From the IMG/VR virus record IMGVR_UViG_3300045988_103716: 48,697 nt of DNA. One strand, 5' to 3'. A program made the position numbers and the translations under genes. The notes beneath the pieces are model-generated. The model was not told the DNA's origin, did no database searches, and worked only from the letters and a program-made list of their open reading frames with translations. Positions 8,565 through 17,881 of this stretch are shown here, piece after piece (positions within the stretch are counted from its first letter, which is position 1; every line of letters starts with the position of its first letter). The DNA comes from a virus.

Positions 8565-9945
8565 TTAGCAAATCGTTTGGATCAAAGGAATCAGCACGGT
8601 TTTGCATCTGTTCTTCATTTTCTTTTTCAATTCGATCCAGTTCTTCCTTAGGATCCGGAACATAGGATAATAAAGACAACTGTGTTTCTTTTGATACGAT
8701 ACCTTCTGCATCTCGTGCGGTCTGTGTTTCTTCCTGTCTGTTTTTAGGAAGGTTTCTAGACATCTTGATATCCATGTCCATCCAGGCATCTTTATCTGAA
8801 ACGTTTGTGTTCAATGAACAGAAAATTTTATATCTCTTTCGCATTGATTTCTCAATCTTACGATCAAAACCAAGTGCCAGGTTACTCATAGCCTGTGTTT
8901 TGTAAGCTAAGGCTACACCAGATGTAGACTGGCCATAGTTCTCATCCGAAATATTCGCTACCATCGAGATCTGATAGATCAAACGTTCAAGACGCTGTAA
9001 TAAGTTCTCTTGGGTTGCATCTGCCGTCGGCTTGGTTAAAAACTGTACCAGGATATCCTTTGCATCATCTGTACCGTAAATATTAATCACTCGATCATCG
9101 CGAATTCTCTGTACCCCGTCTTCATCAACTTCGGCACCTAGAATAGCTAAATAGGCTTCTGCAAAGGCATCTACATCGTTGGCTTTCTCGCTGATCGTAT
9201 GATTGTATTCTTCAGTTAATCCTGTGATAGGCTCATACAGACCGATACGTTCTTCGTTCATCTTGTATTCGACAACTGGAATGTATCCGTATGGATTTTC
9301 ATAAACTTCACCAGGTACCTTCACACCCTTTTCGAATCGCTCGATACTGTTTCTAGTCAAGATTTCACCATACAGATTGCCCCATCTGTCTTTAGTCGAT
9401 AAATCACCATCGGTATCATGATATCCATATCGCACTGCAAACAAAGCTCTGTGCTTAACCGTATCATCGTAAACCACGAACATTTCATCAGGTTTTACAA
9501 CGGTCATCTTCGTTCGTCGTTCTTCATCCTGATAAAGGTACTCAAAGGCATGACCATAAATGCACACATTCTTGAAAAGCTCGAAGTCATGATCTGTGAT
9601 TTCATTATCACGATCAAAGTTTTTCAAAGCCTCATTAATAGTTTCATCCTCATGTGATTTCTTAATCGGGTTACCATAGGCATAGCCCATGAAGGTATCC
9701 GTAATGTATCGAGGAAAGTTGGCCACAAGTCGGTTATCCGGTTTCCAGGATTCCTTTTCAGGTTGCTGATAGATATTATGAAAACCTTTATACAGATTCT
9801 CTAAATAAGAATAGCGTCTAATTCGCTTTGCATGCTTTTCAATATAGGCCTTTACAATGTTCATAGACACACCATTGGCCACCATAGCTTCGTCGATTAC
9901 CAGTGGATCAGGTAATACAAAAGGCTTATTTTTAACTTGACTCAT
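8530..9945 (-). CDS. Portal protein (SPP1 gp6-like)
   Basis: 471 aa between TerL and MuF, with an acidic C-terminal tail. Confidence 0.8.
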   Translation of the reverse strand: MSQVKNKPFVLPDPLVIDEAMVANGVSMNIVKAYIEKHAKRIRRYSYLENLYKGFHNIYQQPEKESWKPDNRLVANFPRYITDTFMGYAYGNPIKKSHEDETINEALKNFDRDNEITDHDFELFKNVCIYGHAFEYLYQDEERRTKMTVVKPDEMFVVYDDTVKHRALFAVRYGYHDTDGDLSTKDRWGNLYGEILTRNSIERFEKGVKVPGEVYENPYGYIPVVEYKMNEERIGLYEPITGLTEEYNHTISEKANDVDAFAEAYLAILGAEVDEDGVQRIRDDRVINIYGTDDAKDILVQFLTKPTADATQENLLQRLERLIYQISMVANISDENYGQSTSGVALAYKTQAMSNLALGFDRKIEKSMRKRYKIFCSLNTNVSDKDAWMDMDIKMSRNLPKNRQEETQTARDAEGIVSKETQLSLLSYVPDPKEELDRIEKENEEQMQNRADSFDPNDLLIDEDEEDEQKQ

Positions 9946-9959
9946 AGGTACCTCGCTTT

Positions 9960-11231
9960 CTATTTAAAAGTCTTGATAGTAACTCTGCCCATTGCGTATT
10001 TTTCAAGCGCATAGCGCATAGCATCCATCAAGTGGTTAAAGTCGTCAATTGGCTGGTTGATTGAATTTCCGAACTTGTCCTTGTCAAAGGTGTAGTTCTG
10101 AATCTCGGTTGTAAAATTCACACATCTAGGGTGTATATAAATCGTTAAGCCCTGGATGTACTGAATACCGTGTGATATTGAGTCCTTACCTTTAACAGCA
10201 GCTTTTGCTCTCAGGCCATAGCCTCTCAATTCTGCAATTGACTTAGGTTCTGCCGAATCACAGACAATAGATTCTTTACCGTATCCCATTGACACGAGAC
10301 GGTCATATATCATCCGATTGGTCAGTCCCTTTTCATATAGTTCATCCCAGATGTACAAAGCCTTGTTTTTCTCATCCAGGAATCCAATAAAAAATGCAGT
10401 AGGATCATTCGTGTAACCAAAGTCCATACCGCATACTGTTTTATAGTTGACCATGTCGGTCAGTTCAAACAGGTAATCAATGTGAACATTGTCATAAACA
10501 AGTCCTTCAGTGATTCCCCAGTTTCCTAATCCTGCGACATTGTATCGTCGTGGATTGTTGATCTTCATATTTTCGAATAAGCGTTTATCCGCTTCATCAA
10601 GCCACTCATTACAAGTGTAGTTCGTGGTCTGTGCCAGGATATCCGGATTCGAGACATCGAAAAACTTCTTTTTTAACCAGTGTCTCTCGTTCCATGGGTT
10701 GAAGCTGATTACCCATTGCTTCCATAAGTTTGGTGGAAGCTCACCACGAATGGACTCATCCAGGGTATCAAAGTCTGCCTCTGAATTGACTTCAAAGGCT
10801 TCTTCCAGCCAAGCCCAGCACAAGTAGCCGTAGTCTACTGTAATAGATGTAACCTTCAATGGATCATCCAGTCCTCTGAAAAGGATCTTCTGTCCTGTTG
10901 GAAGGTAAGTAGCTTCTAAAGGTGACTCTTTAAAGGACCACAGATTCTCAACTTCAAGTCTTCGTGTAGCCCACTTCAAGTCCGTCCAGCATGAGTCCTT
11001 CAGTGTTCTGTAGGTCTTACGAATTACAAGCAAATTCGATTTATCATACTTCATCATCAAATAGATCCAGCGTAATGCTGTAGTCTTTGATTTCTTTGAA
11101 GCACGTGAGCCCTTGATCACGTTATAACGTCCTTTGAAGTTAAAGAATTTCTTATATCCTCGACCTACGACTTTGGCTATGTTGATTCGTTTCTCCTTGA
11201 ATCTACTCTTCAAGGTCATCCTCTCCTTCAA
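9960..11231 (-). CDS. terL: Terminase large subunit (PBSX-type)
   Basis: Walker A-like KGSRASKKSKTTA near the N-terminus. Size, and position after TerS, also fit. Confidence 0.85.
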   Translation of the reverse strand: MKERMTLKSRFKEKRINIAKVVGRGYKKFFNFKGRYNVIKGSRASKKSKTTALRWIYLMMKYDKSNLLVIRKTYRTLKDSCWTDLKWATRRLEVENLWSFKESPLEATYLPTGQKILFRGLDDPLKVTSITVDYGYLCWAWLEEAFEVNSEADFDTLDESIRGELPPNLWKQWVISFNPWNERHWLKKKFFDVSNPDILAQTTNYTCNEWLDEADKRLFENMKINNPRRYNVAGLGNWGITEGLVYDNVHIDYLFELTDMVNYKTVCGMDFGYTNDPTAFFIGFLDEKNKALYIWDELYEKGLTNRMIYDRLVSMGYGKESIVCDSAEPKSIAELRGYGLRAKAAVKGKDSISHGIQYIQGLTIYIHPRCVNFTTEIQNYTFDKDKFGNSINQPIDDFNHLMDAMRYALEKYAMGRVTIKTFK

Positions 11232-11682
11232 AGACTGGAAGGACTACATCGGCCTGCACTTTATCAGTAAACATGCTGTATCGTTTACCAATAAGCTCCG
11301 CGGCTCTTAACCGGTCCTTTTCAGATGGATTCTTTAAAGTATGCTCAATGTGTGACACACCCTCACCGTCACCAACTACAAGGACTTCTTCAGCCTCTGC
11401 CTGACCTCGCATGACCTTAGTAAGGTATCGCATGACCTCTGTCACATCGGCAATATCGTCAGCTTTGATCTGTTCCATGACCTGATCAATGTATTCCTTG
11501 ACCTTTGGCATGTTACGCAGTTCGTAGCCATACTTGCTAGCGGCATCACGACGACCCTTATAGCTTGGATATGCTTTCATGACGGCTTCTACACTGTTCA
11601 TATCTTTCAGGTATTCATGGACGAAGATCTTCTGTTTCTCAGTCAGTCGAACGGATCCACGCGGATGTTTTGCTTTTGGCAT
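11203..11682 (-). CDS. terS: Terminase small subunit
   Basis: LTEKQKIFVHEYLKDMNSVEAVMKAYP is an HTH N-terminus typical of the P27/Terminase_2 family. Confidence 0.8.
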   Translation of the reverse strand: MPKAKHPRGSVRLTEKQKIFVHEYLKDMNSVEAVMKAYPSYKGRRDAASKYGYELRNMPKVKEYIDQVMEQIKADDIADVTEVMRYLTKVMRGQAEAEEVLVVGDGEGVSHIEHTLKNPSEKDRLRAAELIGKRYSMFTDKVQADVVLPVFEGEDDLEE

Positions 11683-11866
11683 ACGTTACCTCACTTTCCA
11701 GCTTGCTTCGGATAGACAATCAAAATAGGCTCTCAAGGTGAAAGGAAAACGAAAAAGCCCTTGATTGCCTATCCCAGGCAAGCAAAACAAAAAAGCCGAG
11801 ATTTATCTCTCCCGACTTTTGTACGATACCATTATACTCTGTTGACACGCTTAGTTTCCTAAGTCT

Positions 11867-12292
11867 TTATTTTAAAATCCTTGAAATGAGCCGAATCATT
11901 TTGTCATAGACATTCGAGTAACCGTACTTATACTCAAGATGTCTGTAGGGCTCGCCGTTTACGAAATCCTCACTGAAGGCTCTTTCGTTATCATTGCAGA
12001 CTAACTGCAATCTTTTATAGTAGCCTTCAGCTCTAGCAAGGCACTTGATGTAGAATGCCTGTTCATCCATTAGAGCCTGTTCATCAGACAGTAGTCCATT
12101 CACAATCGTACTTTTTTCCTTATGGTTTTCAATCTTGACCCCTTCACCACCTAAAGGGCAGTGAGGTGTCTGAATATCATTGATCTGATCCGTTAGGTCC
12201 TGTAGAAGGATTCGAATCTCTTCCAACTTGTTTCGATAATATCGAATTGATTTTAATTCCTGCAGAATATAGACTGCATCTTCTCTTGTCAT
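11867..12292 (-). CDS. Hypothetical protein; positional analogue of late-gene activators (ArpU/RinA-type)
   Basis: 141 aa, the last gene before a 184-bp gap and the packaging genes. No motif was recognised with certainty. Confidence 0.3.
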   Translation of the reverse strand: MTREDAVYILQELKSIRYYRNKLEEIRILLQDLTDQINDIQTPHCPLGGEGVKIENHKEKSTIVNGLLSDEQALMDEQAFYIKCLARAEGYYKRLQLVCNDNERAFSEDFVNGEPYRHLEYKYGYSNVYDKMIRLISRILK

Positions 12293-12349
12293 CGCTTACC
12301 TCCATGATTCTAGTAAGCATCGCTTCTATCGAAGTTCGTCCATCGATAC

Positions 12350-12496
12350 TTAATACAGCTGTCCAGTCAGACTGAACGCAAACAGTTTAATGAGTAGTCC
12401 TGATATATTTGTTATCAGGATGTAGAAAAGGAATATCAGAAAGGCAAGTGTCAGACTGCAGACAAGTGCAAGTATTATAGCTTTGCGTTCTTTCAT
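12350..12496 (-). CDS. Small membrane protein (48 aa)
   Basis: ATG at 12494-12496 lies after GGAGG. The protein has one long hydrophobic helix. Confidence 0.45.
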   Translation of the reverse strand: MKERKAIILALVCSLTLAFLIFLFYILITNISGLLIKLFAFSLTGQLY

Positions 12497-12497
12497 A

Positions 12498-12719
12498 TTA
12501 TTCCTCCAGGATACGGACCTGTTCCGGTTCAACGCAGAACAGGGCTCCGTCTGGAAACTGGATGTCCATCAACACAAAATGTGAGCCCACGTCACTTTTG
12601 TAGCATCTTTTCCGTAGGATCTCACCGGTCAGTCCAATGTAATCCCTTTTCAGTCTTCCGGTTCCTGCAACAAGTCCATGCTCATATCCAGAAGTCAGTT
12701 TAATTAGCTTTGCTTTCAT
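12498..12719 (-). CDS. Hypothetical protein
   Basis: 73-aa ORF tightly packed in the operon. Confidence 0.45.
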   Translation of the reverse strand: MKAKLIKLTSGYEHGLVAGTGRLKRDYIGLTGEILRKRCYKSDVGSHFVLMDIQFPDGALFCVEPEQVRILEE

Positions 12720-12720
12720 G

Positions 12721-14133
12721 CTACCTCCTCAGGGCTTCAATGAGCCTCTTTTGTGTTACATCCTTTTCATCCAGTGCCTTCAGCATATCCTCATCAATGG
12801 TTCCAGGAACTATGATCTGATAGATAGACACATTCTCTTTCTGTCCCTGTCTGTAGATTCGGGCATTTGCCTGCTGATACAGTTCAAGGTTCCAGTTTGG
12901 TAATGTGTACCATACGGCTATATGACCACCCTGTTGAAGGTTAAGGCCATGGCCGGCACTGGCTGGGTGGATCAGAAGGACATCGATATCACCATCATTC
13001 CAGTCTCGGACATCTTTCTCATCGCTCAAGGCTCTTACGTTGAGGCCCTGAGCCTTTAAATGGGCCTTTATTCGTGAAAGCTCATGGCGGTAGTAATAGA
13101 ATACCATAACCGGATTTCCGTTAGCCGATTCAATCAGGTCATCTAAAGAATTCAGCTTTGCATCATGTATCACTTTCGTGCCTACATTGTCACCAAATTC
13201 GTCCTTGATATAGATCTCTCCTGAGGTCATCTGCAGCAGCTGGCCACAAAGGACTCCTGCATTCACAGCCATCAGTTCTTCATTGCTCTCAAATTCTAGC
13301 ACTTTTTCACGTTTAAATGTTGTATATGCTTTCATGGCTTTTTCTGTCATGCTGGCCTTGACCTTGATGTACTGAACAGGGGGAAGCTCAGCACAGTCTT
13401 TCTGATCAAGGCTCATACAGATATCACTGATTCTTTCGTAGATCAGTTCTTCACAGCCATCACGCACTTTCCAGTCGTACACGACATGGCCATTCTGCCT
13501 TCCAGGCTTAAGATACCTGGCTCTGAACTCAGACAATGTTCGGCCAAGTCTTTCACCCTGATCCATAAGATAGATCTGGGCCCACAGATCTGGCACTCCC
13601 TTAGGGGCAGGAGTACCTGTTAGACCTATGAAGCGCTCAGTCAGTGGCATCATCTTACGAAGTGCCTTGAATCTTTTGGAACCTGGATTCTTGAATGTGG
13701 AAAGTTCATCGATGACAACCATGTCGAAATCGAACAGGTTCTGTTCTACAAGCCATGTCACATTCTCTTTTCCGATAAGGTAGATCTGTGCATCCACCTG
13801 TAATGCCTTCTTACGCTGTGTAGCAGTGCCTGCAACAACTGAAAACCTTATGTCCTTAGTATGAGACCACTTCTGTATCTCATCGGGCCATGTGCTCTTT
13901 ATGACACGCACAGGACCTATGATCAGTATCCTCGCTACTTCGATACCTATTAATTCATTCAGTATCGTAAGTGTAGTTACTGTCTTTCCTGCACCCATGG
14001 GAAGAAGAAGACCACATCTTTCATGATCCAGGCCGAACTGGATAGCCTTCTTCTGATAGGCATGCGGCTTAAATTCGATCAAAGTGCTGCTCCGTTGGCT
14101 CGATACCGGATTCAAGCATTGCTGCAAGCTCAT
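12721..14133 (-). CDS. SNF2/DEAD-like helicase
   Basis: Motifs LLLPMGAGKT (Walker A), VVIDELS (DExx), LTGTP and QQANARIYRQGQ (motif VI). The true start may be the TTG at 14082, after GGAG. Confidence 0.85.
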   Translation of the reverse strand: MSLQQCLNPVSSQRSSTLIEFKPHAYQKKAIQFGLDHERCGLLLPMGAGKTVTTLTILNELIGIEVARILIIGPVRVIKSTWPDEIQKWSHTKDIRFSVVAGTATQRKKALQVDAQIYLIGKENVTWLVEQNLFDFDMVVIDELSTFKNPGSKRFKALRKMMPLTERFIGLTGTPAPKGVPDLWAQIYLMDQGERLGRTLSEFRARYLKPGRQNGHVVYDWKVRDGCEELIYERISDICMSLDQKDCAELPPVQYIKVKASMTEKAMKAYTTFKREKVLEFESNEELMAVNAGVLCGQLLQMTSGEIYIKDEFGDNVGTKVIHDAKLNSLDDLIESANGNPVMVFYYYRHELSRIKAHLKAQGLNVRALSDEKDVRDWNDGDIDVLLIHPASAGHGLNLQQGGHIAVWYTLPNWNLELYQQANARIYRQGQKENVSIYQIIVPGTIDEDMLKALDEKDVTQKRLIEALRR

Positions 14134-14383
14134 TGACCTGTTCCTTGGTTGAGATACAGAATACCTTGATACCTCGGCTTCTTATGCGTTTGGCCATCTT
14201 CTTCTGAAGTTCTCGGGGTTTTCCATGTGGCTTTTTCAGTTCAACAAAGAAAGCAAAACCTCTGTAGAGTATGAGTCTGTCTGGTACACCGGAAAGCCCT
14301 GGACTTGTAAACTTCATCGCTAGACCGCCAATAGAGTTGATCTTATTCACAAGATAGAGTTCTACATTTGATTCTGTGATCAT
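14069..14383 (-). CDS. VRR-NUC domain nuclease
   Basis: GVPDRLILYRGFAFFVELKKPHGKPRELQ is a D...ExK nuclease motif. Confidence 0.7.
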   Translation of the reverse strand: MITESNVELYLVNKINSIGGLAMKFTSPGLSGVPDRLILYRGFAFFVELKKPHGKPRELQKKMAKRIRSRGIKVFCISTKEQVNELAAMLESGIEPTEQHFDRI

Positions 14384-14685
14384 TGAAGCCCCTCCCTGTA
14401 ATTCTTCATCATGCGTTCCTGTTTAGCCTGGATGATGTCGTTGATCTCATCATCACTTACGCCATAGTAGTATTTCATCTGATCCATGACGATCAGTACA
14501 TCAGCCATCTCTTCCACAAGGTTGGAACGTAAGCCTTTATACTCAAGTGGCTTGGTACTTTTTTCAGGATATCGGATCAGCTTTGTGATAGCCTTCTGCA
14601 GTTCAGACAGTTCTTCAACAGCCACAAGACTTTGCATCTCGATGCCATACTGTCCTATATAGACCTTGTTTATTTCTCGATTCAT
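14380..14685 (-). CDS. MazG-like nucleotide pyrophosphohydrolase
   Basis: EELSELQKAITK...EEMADVLIVMDQ is the EExxE...EExxD pattern. The ATG at 14683-14685 follows GGAAGG. Confidence 0.6.
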   Translation of the reverse strand: MNREINKVYIGQYGIEMQSLVAVEELSELQKAITKLIRYPEKSTKPLEYKGLRSNLVEEMADVLIVMDQMKYYYGVSDDEINDIIQAKQERMMKNYREGLQ

Positions 14686-14720
14686 TGTTTTTACCTTCCT
14701 TTCTATGTCAGGACACAGAA

Positions 14721-15049
14721 GCAACAGTGAAACGGTAGTCCCAACTTTTTCTCTATATATATCATATTTACTATATATTGTTACGCGCGCGTATACATGT
14801 GTGCACGCATTATATACATTTATATATATTTATTAAGTTAACAAAATTACTGTTGCCACTGTTGCACTACTGTGAAATAGCTTTTATTTAAAACAGATTT
14901 GTCGCAACGCTCTCGAAAATCACTGTTGCCGATTTTCACGTTCACTGTTGCTACCGTTGCTATGTGATTTTTTTGTATTTTTTCACAAGTTAACGTCACT
15001 GTTGCGCACTGTTGCCGCTGTTGCGTTTAAACCCTTTTTAAGCAACAGT
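14721..15049. repeat. Iteron array: ACTGTTGC (minus-strand GCAACAGT) repeated about 9 times directly plus 2 inverted flanking copies
   Basis: Exact copies at 14849, 14858, 14922, 14944, 14998 and 15008. Variants at 14869 (ACTGTG), 14953 (ACCGTTGC) and 15017 (GCTGTTGC). Inverted GCAACAGT at 14721 and 15042. Confidence 0.8.
14782..14810. repeat. 29-nt perfectly alternating pyrimidine-purine tract flanked by (TA)n-rich DNA
   Basis: tacgcgcgcgtatacatgtgtgcacgcat, made of chained palindromes (ACGCGCGCGT, GTATAC, ACATGT, GTGCAC). The flanks are tatatatat-rich. Confidence 0.8.
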
Positions 15050-15058
15050 ACTTTACTT

Positions 15059-15466
15059 CTATTCTTTACACTCGACCACAACGCAATTTGCCAGGATTTC
15101 CTTCAGTTCTTTACCTGGATCCACGTTCTTAAAGTAGCCTTTTTCCTTCATGCACATCAGATTACTAAACTGTTTGAACGTGCCTGGATAACTTTCCTGA
15201 ACATAGGCATCCAGGATATCCCATTCAACTTTTGTCAGACGACAGTGATTTCCAGTATAAGAACTTGCCATCCAGTCTATTCTAGCAACAGCACAACTAC
15301 CCGCGTCTCCAAATGTACATCTATTACAATCTACTTCTCCGCAAGCGCATAATGCCCGATCACCCTTTCTGATACAGAAGGAATCATATTCCTCAATTTT
15401 CTTAATCTGTTCGAGATAATGTTCTAAGTTTGTCTCCTTAGTCATAACAAATTTCTTCTTTTTCAT
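15059..15466 (-). CDS. Cys-rich hypothetical protein (paralogous C-terminal module with 15850-16122)
   Basis: ATG at 15464-15466 follows AGGAGA. Contains CIRKGDRALCACGEVDCNRCTFGDAGSC. The C-terminal KEKGYFKNV...KEILANCVVVE resembles KKKGYFENI...KDILANCEVIQ. Confidence 0.5.
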   Translation of the reverse strand: MKKKKFVMTKETNLEHYLEQIKKIEEYDSFCIRKGDRALCACGEVDCNRCTFGDAGSCAVARIDWMASSYTGNHCRLTKVEWDILDAYVQESYPGTFKQFSNLMCMKEKGYFKNVDPGKELKEILANCVVVECKE

Positions 15467-15656
15467 TTTCACTCTCCTGTATTCTTCTGTAAATTTCTGA
15501 CTCAATACTATGCACATTCAGCTCCTCATCTTCACGTGTCTGTTCTCTAGTTGTATGCCATAAAGACACCATCAGTTTTTCCAGCTTCCTAAGTGCATCC
15601 TTGCTTTCGACCGTCACATGCAGCTTGATACCTGCATCTATAAATTCTCTGTTCAT
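15438..15656 (-). CDS. Hypothetical protein
   Basis: 72-aa ORF, coupled to its neighbours. Confidence 0.4.
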   Translation of the reverse strand: MNREFIDAGIKLHVTVESKDALRKLEKLMVSLWHTTREQTREDEELNVHSIESEIYRRIQESENEKEEICYD

Positions 15657-15853
15657 TTAGTTTCCTCAAATCCATCATAGGCACTTGCATACATACATCT
15701 GTACGCTAATAGATCCTTATTTCTTTGTTCCAGTTCATACATCAACTGTTCGTTCTTGTATTCCAGACTGTTGATCCTTTCGGACACGATAACAGAATAC
15801 AGCATCATCGCACCTAGCCCTCCAGCAAAGAGCCCAACCATAAAGTAGATCAT
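15653..15853 (-). CDS. Small membrane protein with coiled-coil tail
   Basis: N-terminal hydrophobic helix MIYFMVGLFAGGLGAMMLYSVIV. Confidence 0.45.
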   Translation of the reverse strand: MIYFMVGLFAGGLGAMMLYSVIVSERINSLEYKNEQLMYELEQRNKDLLAYRCMYASAYDGFEETK

Positions 15854-16122
15854 TGGATCACCTCACAGTTTGCTAGAATGTCTTTAACCAGCACCTTACT
15901 ATCACATTTAATATTTTCGAAATAGCCCTTCTTCTTTAATTCACCAATCAAATACACTGTTGAAAACCTAGCTTCCTTTAAGCACACTGTGTTTACAGAT
16001 TCATATTCCTCTTTTGTTGCAACTGGAATATCGTTGACATCATATTGTTTGTTGCAGCACCATTTGCAATCTCTGTCGCATTTATCTGTAATCAATAAAT
16101 GCATAACTGGTTTTCTTGTCAT
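15850..16122 (-). CDS. Small protein with radical-SAM-like CX3CX2C N-terminus
   Basis: LLITDKCDRDCKWCCNKQ followed by the shared KGYF...ILANC module. At 90 aa it is too short for a full radical SAM fold. Confidence 0.45.
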   Translation of the reverse strand: MTRKPVMHLLITDKCDRDCKWCCNKQYDVNDIPVATKEEYESVNTVCLKEARFSTVYLIGELKKKGYFENIKCDSKVLVKDILANCEVIQ

Positions 16123-16487
16123 ACTTTGTCCTCATGCTCCTGTCTGTGCAGATCAAAGAAAACAGCTTCTTTCAGTTCCTGCAGTGACTTGTCTCCTTGC
16201 AATAGTCCCTTATTAATAAGATCCTTATACCTACGCATATAGAAGTCTGACTTCTTCAGATCTTCTTCCTGACCTTTGCTGGCGGCTCTGTAGCGATACT
16301 TCCACACATTGCATAGACAGAAGGCCGCTACGATATCATCACCAAACACAAGCCTCATCTCATCAAGGCATTCTATAGCATCCTCTCTGCAGTAATGCCT
16401 AGGATGATTGATCATATCCACTTTGTCTCCATATGCTACTTTGTTCATTTCAATTGCCTGCTTGCAGTATTCATTTGCTTTTGTCAT
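16119..16487 (-). CDS. DUF3310-family protein
   Basis: INHPRHYCREDAIECLDEM...CLCNVWKYRYRA is the typical DUF3310 signature. Confidence 0.65.
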   Translation of the reverse strand: MTKANEYCKQAIEMNKVAYGDKVDMINHPRHYCREDAIECLDEMRLVFGDDIVAAFCLCNVWKYRYRAASKGQEEDLKKSDFYMRRYKDLINKGLLQGDKSLQELKEAVFFDLHRQEHEDKV

Positions 16488-16488
16488 G

Positions 16489-16827
16489 TCAGCAACCTCC
16501 TAAGCCTTCCACAAAGTCCTTATTGATAACCTGTTTCTTCTTTACAGCACGATCCACTTTATGAAGGATTCGGTTTACTTTCTTTTCTGTTAGGTATCCA
16601 ATAGGATCACCGATCATTCCATTATCAGCACCTATAAGTGCTAACTCAAATGGAGAAAAGCCATCTCCGTAGGATATGATCCTTCTTTCATACATATGAC
16701 AGATCACACTTACCTTGATGTCACCAAATTTATAGAGCCACTGATTACGGTTATACTGTTTCGTAATTTCAGTATGATCTTCTGTAAAAGTTTCAAAATC
16801 TGTGTGCAATTCAATTTCTGGATTCAT
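16489..16827 (-). CDS. Hypothetical protein
   Basis: 112-aa ORF in the operon. Confidence 0.45.
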   Translation of the reverse strand: MNPEIELHTDFETFTEDHTEITKQYNRNQWLYKFGDIKVSVICHMYERRIISYGDGFSPFELALIGADNGMIGDPIGYLTEKKVNRILHKVDRAVKKKQVINKDFVEGLGGC

Positions 16828-17087
16828 TGTTTGTTCTCCTTTTCAAATAACTTCTTAATTTCCGGCCATCTCTTATCCAGCACAAGAGCTGTAGCCTCGC
16901 AAACGATAGACCATCTTAAAAGGTCGACTGTGGCAAATGGAAGGTCCTTCTTGTTGTCACTGCGGTTCTGCCCTGCAGTCTTCTGTGTCGTCATGTGAAT
17001 CAGTTCATCAACTAGACTTTCCAGGCCTTCCGGGTTTCCACAGCTGTTCTGCCCCTTTTCGAAAAAGTCCCACATCTTGTCTTTCAT
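16824..17087 (-). CDS. Hypothetical protein
   Basis: 87-aa ORF with overlapping start and stop. Confidence 0.4.
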   Translation of the reverse strand: MKDKMWDFFEKGQNSCGNPEGLESLVDELIHMTTQKTAGQNRSDNKKDLPFATVDLLRWSIVCEATALVLDKRWPEIKKLFEKENKQ

Positions 17088-17881
17088 TTGTTCTTCCCTT
17101 TCTTAGCGATTGTTGTACCAAGCCTAGCAAGCGCTACACCGGTACGCGTCAGTTCCTTATCATCTGTATACAGCCTTTTTCGAGCCATATAAGCACTTTC
17201 GGCCTTACTAACGAGAATAAGATTATCTAGGTCATAGTTTCTTCTATTACCGTCTAGAAAAGCACATTTATATCCTTCAGGGATAGGCCCGTGTGCTTTT
17301 TCATAAATAATTATGTGCTTGGCTTTCCAGTTATCCTTTTTCTTTCCTTTGTACTTGTCAGCTATCTTTACATACACATAGCCATCCTTGCTCTCAGTCT
17401 CAGTTCCAATAGGGCACCAGTTATCTGGTCTATGGCCTCTACTGAAGCTTCCAATATTACCACCAACATTGAACATGCCTGTAGTACCCTTGTTAACTGG
17501 AACATGACCTTTTTTAAACCGGGCGTCCCAACTTGAGACGATCTTGTAGTTCTTCTTGATGGACTGTATCTGCTGACGCGTATAGTTTGTACCCCATCGT
17601 TCATTGAACATCCTCGCGATTTCATCGGTTCCTCTTCCGGGAGCGATTTCTCTTAGATATTCAATCTGTTCCATAGTGTATTTTCTACAGCTTCCAAGAC
17701 ATCGTCCTGGGTTGATGCCACTTTTCAACTTATGATTATGCTTGTAGGCGTCTATCTGCTTTTCTGTAAAGGAAGTGCCGAAGTGCTCATTTAGCATTTT
17801 AGTCACTTCACTAACTCTTCTTCCCTCAATGATACTGACCAGGTAGTCACTCTGCTCTTTACTGAGTAAATACTTAGGCAT
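17084..17881 (-). CDS. HNH (HNH_3-type) homing-like endonuclease with duplicated N-terminal HTH modules
   Basis: C-terminal KAKHIIIYEKAHGPIPEGYKCAFLDGNRRNYDLDNLILVS. Two N-terminal repeats (EVTKMLNEHFGTSFTEKQI and DEIARMFNERWGTNYTRQQI). Confidence 0.7.
   Translation of the reverse strand: MPKYLLSKEQSDYLVSIIEGRRVSEVTKMLNEHFGTSFTEKQIDAYKHNHKLKSGINPGRCLGSCRKYTMEQIEYLREIAPGRGTDEIARMFNERWGTNYTRQQIQSIKKNYKIVSSWDARFKKGHVPVNKGTTGMFNVGGNIGSFSRGHRPDNWCPIGTETESKDGYVYVKIADKYKGKKKDNWKAKHIIIYEKAHGPIPEGYKCAFLDGNRRNYDLDNLILVSKAESAYMARKRLYTDDKELTRTGVALARLGTTIAKKGKNK

Noticed and set aside
11683-11866. Possible cos/pac site or terminators in the gap upstream of terS
   Set aside because: Only weak, imperfect hairpins were found by eye. 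Nothing can be assigned without end-mapping data.
14721-15049. CRISPR array as an explanation for the ACTGTTGC repeats
   Set aside because: The repeats are only 8-9 nt, irregularly spaced (1-60 nt) and partly inverted. There is no spacer-repeat periodicity.
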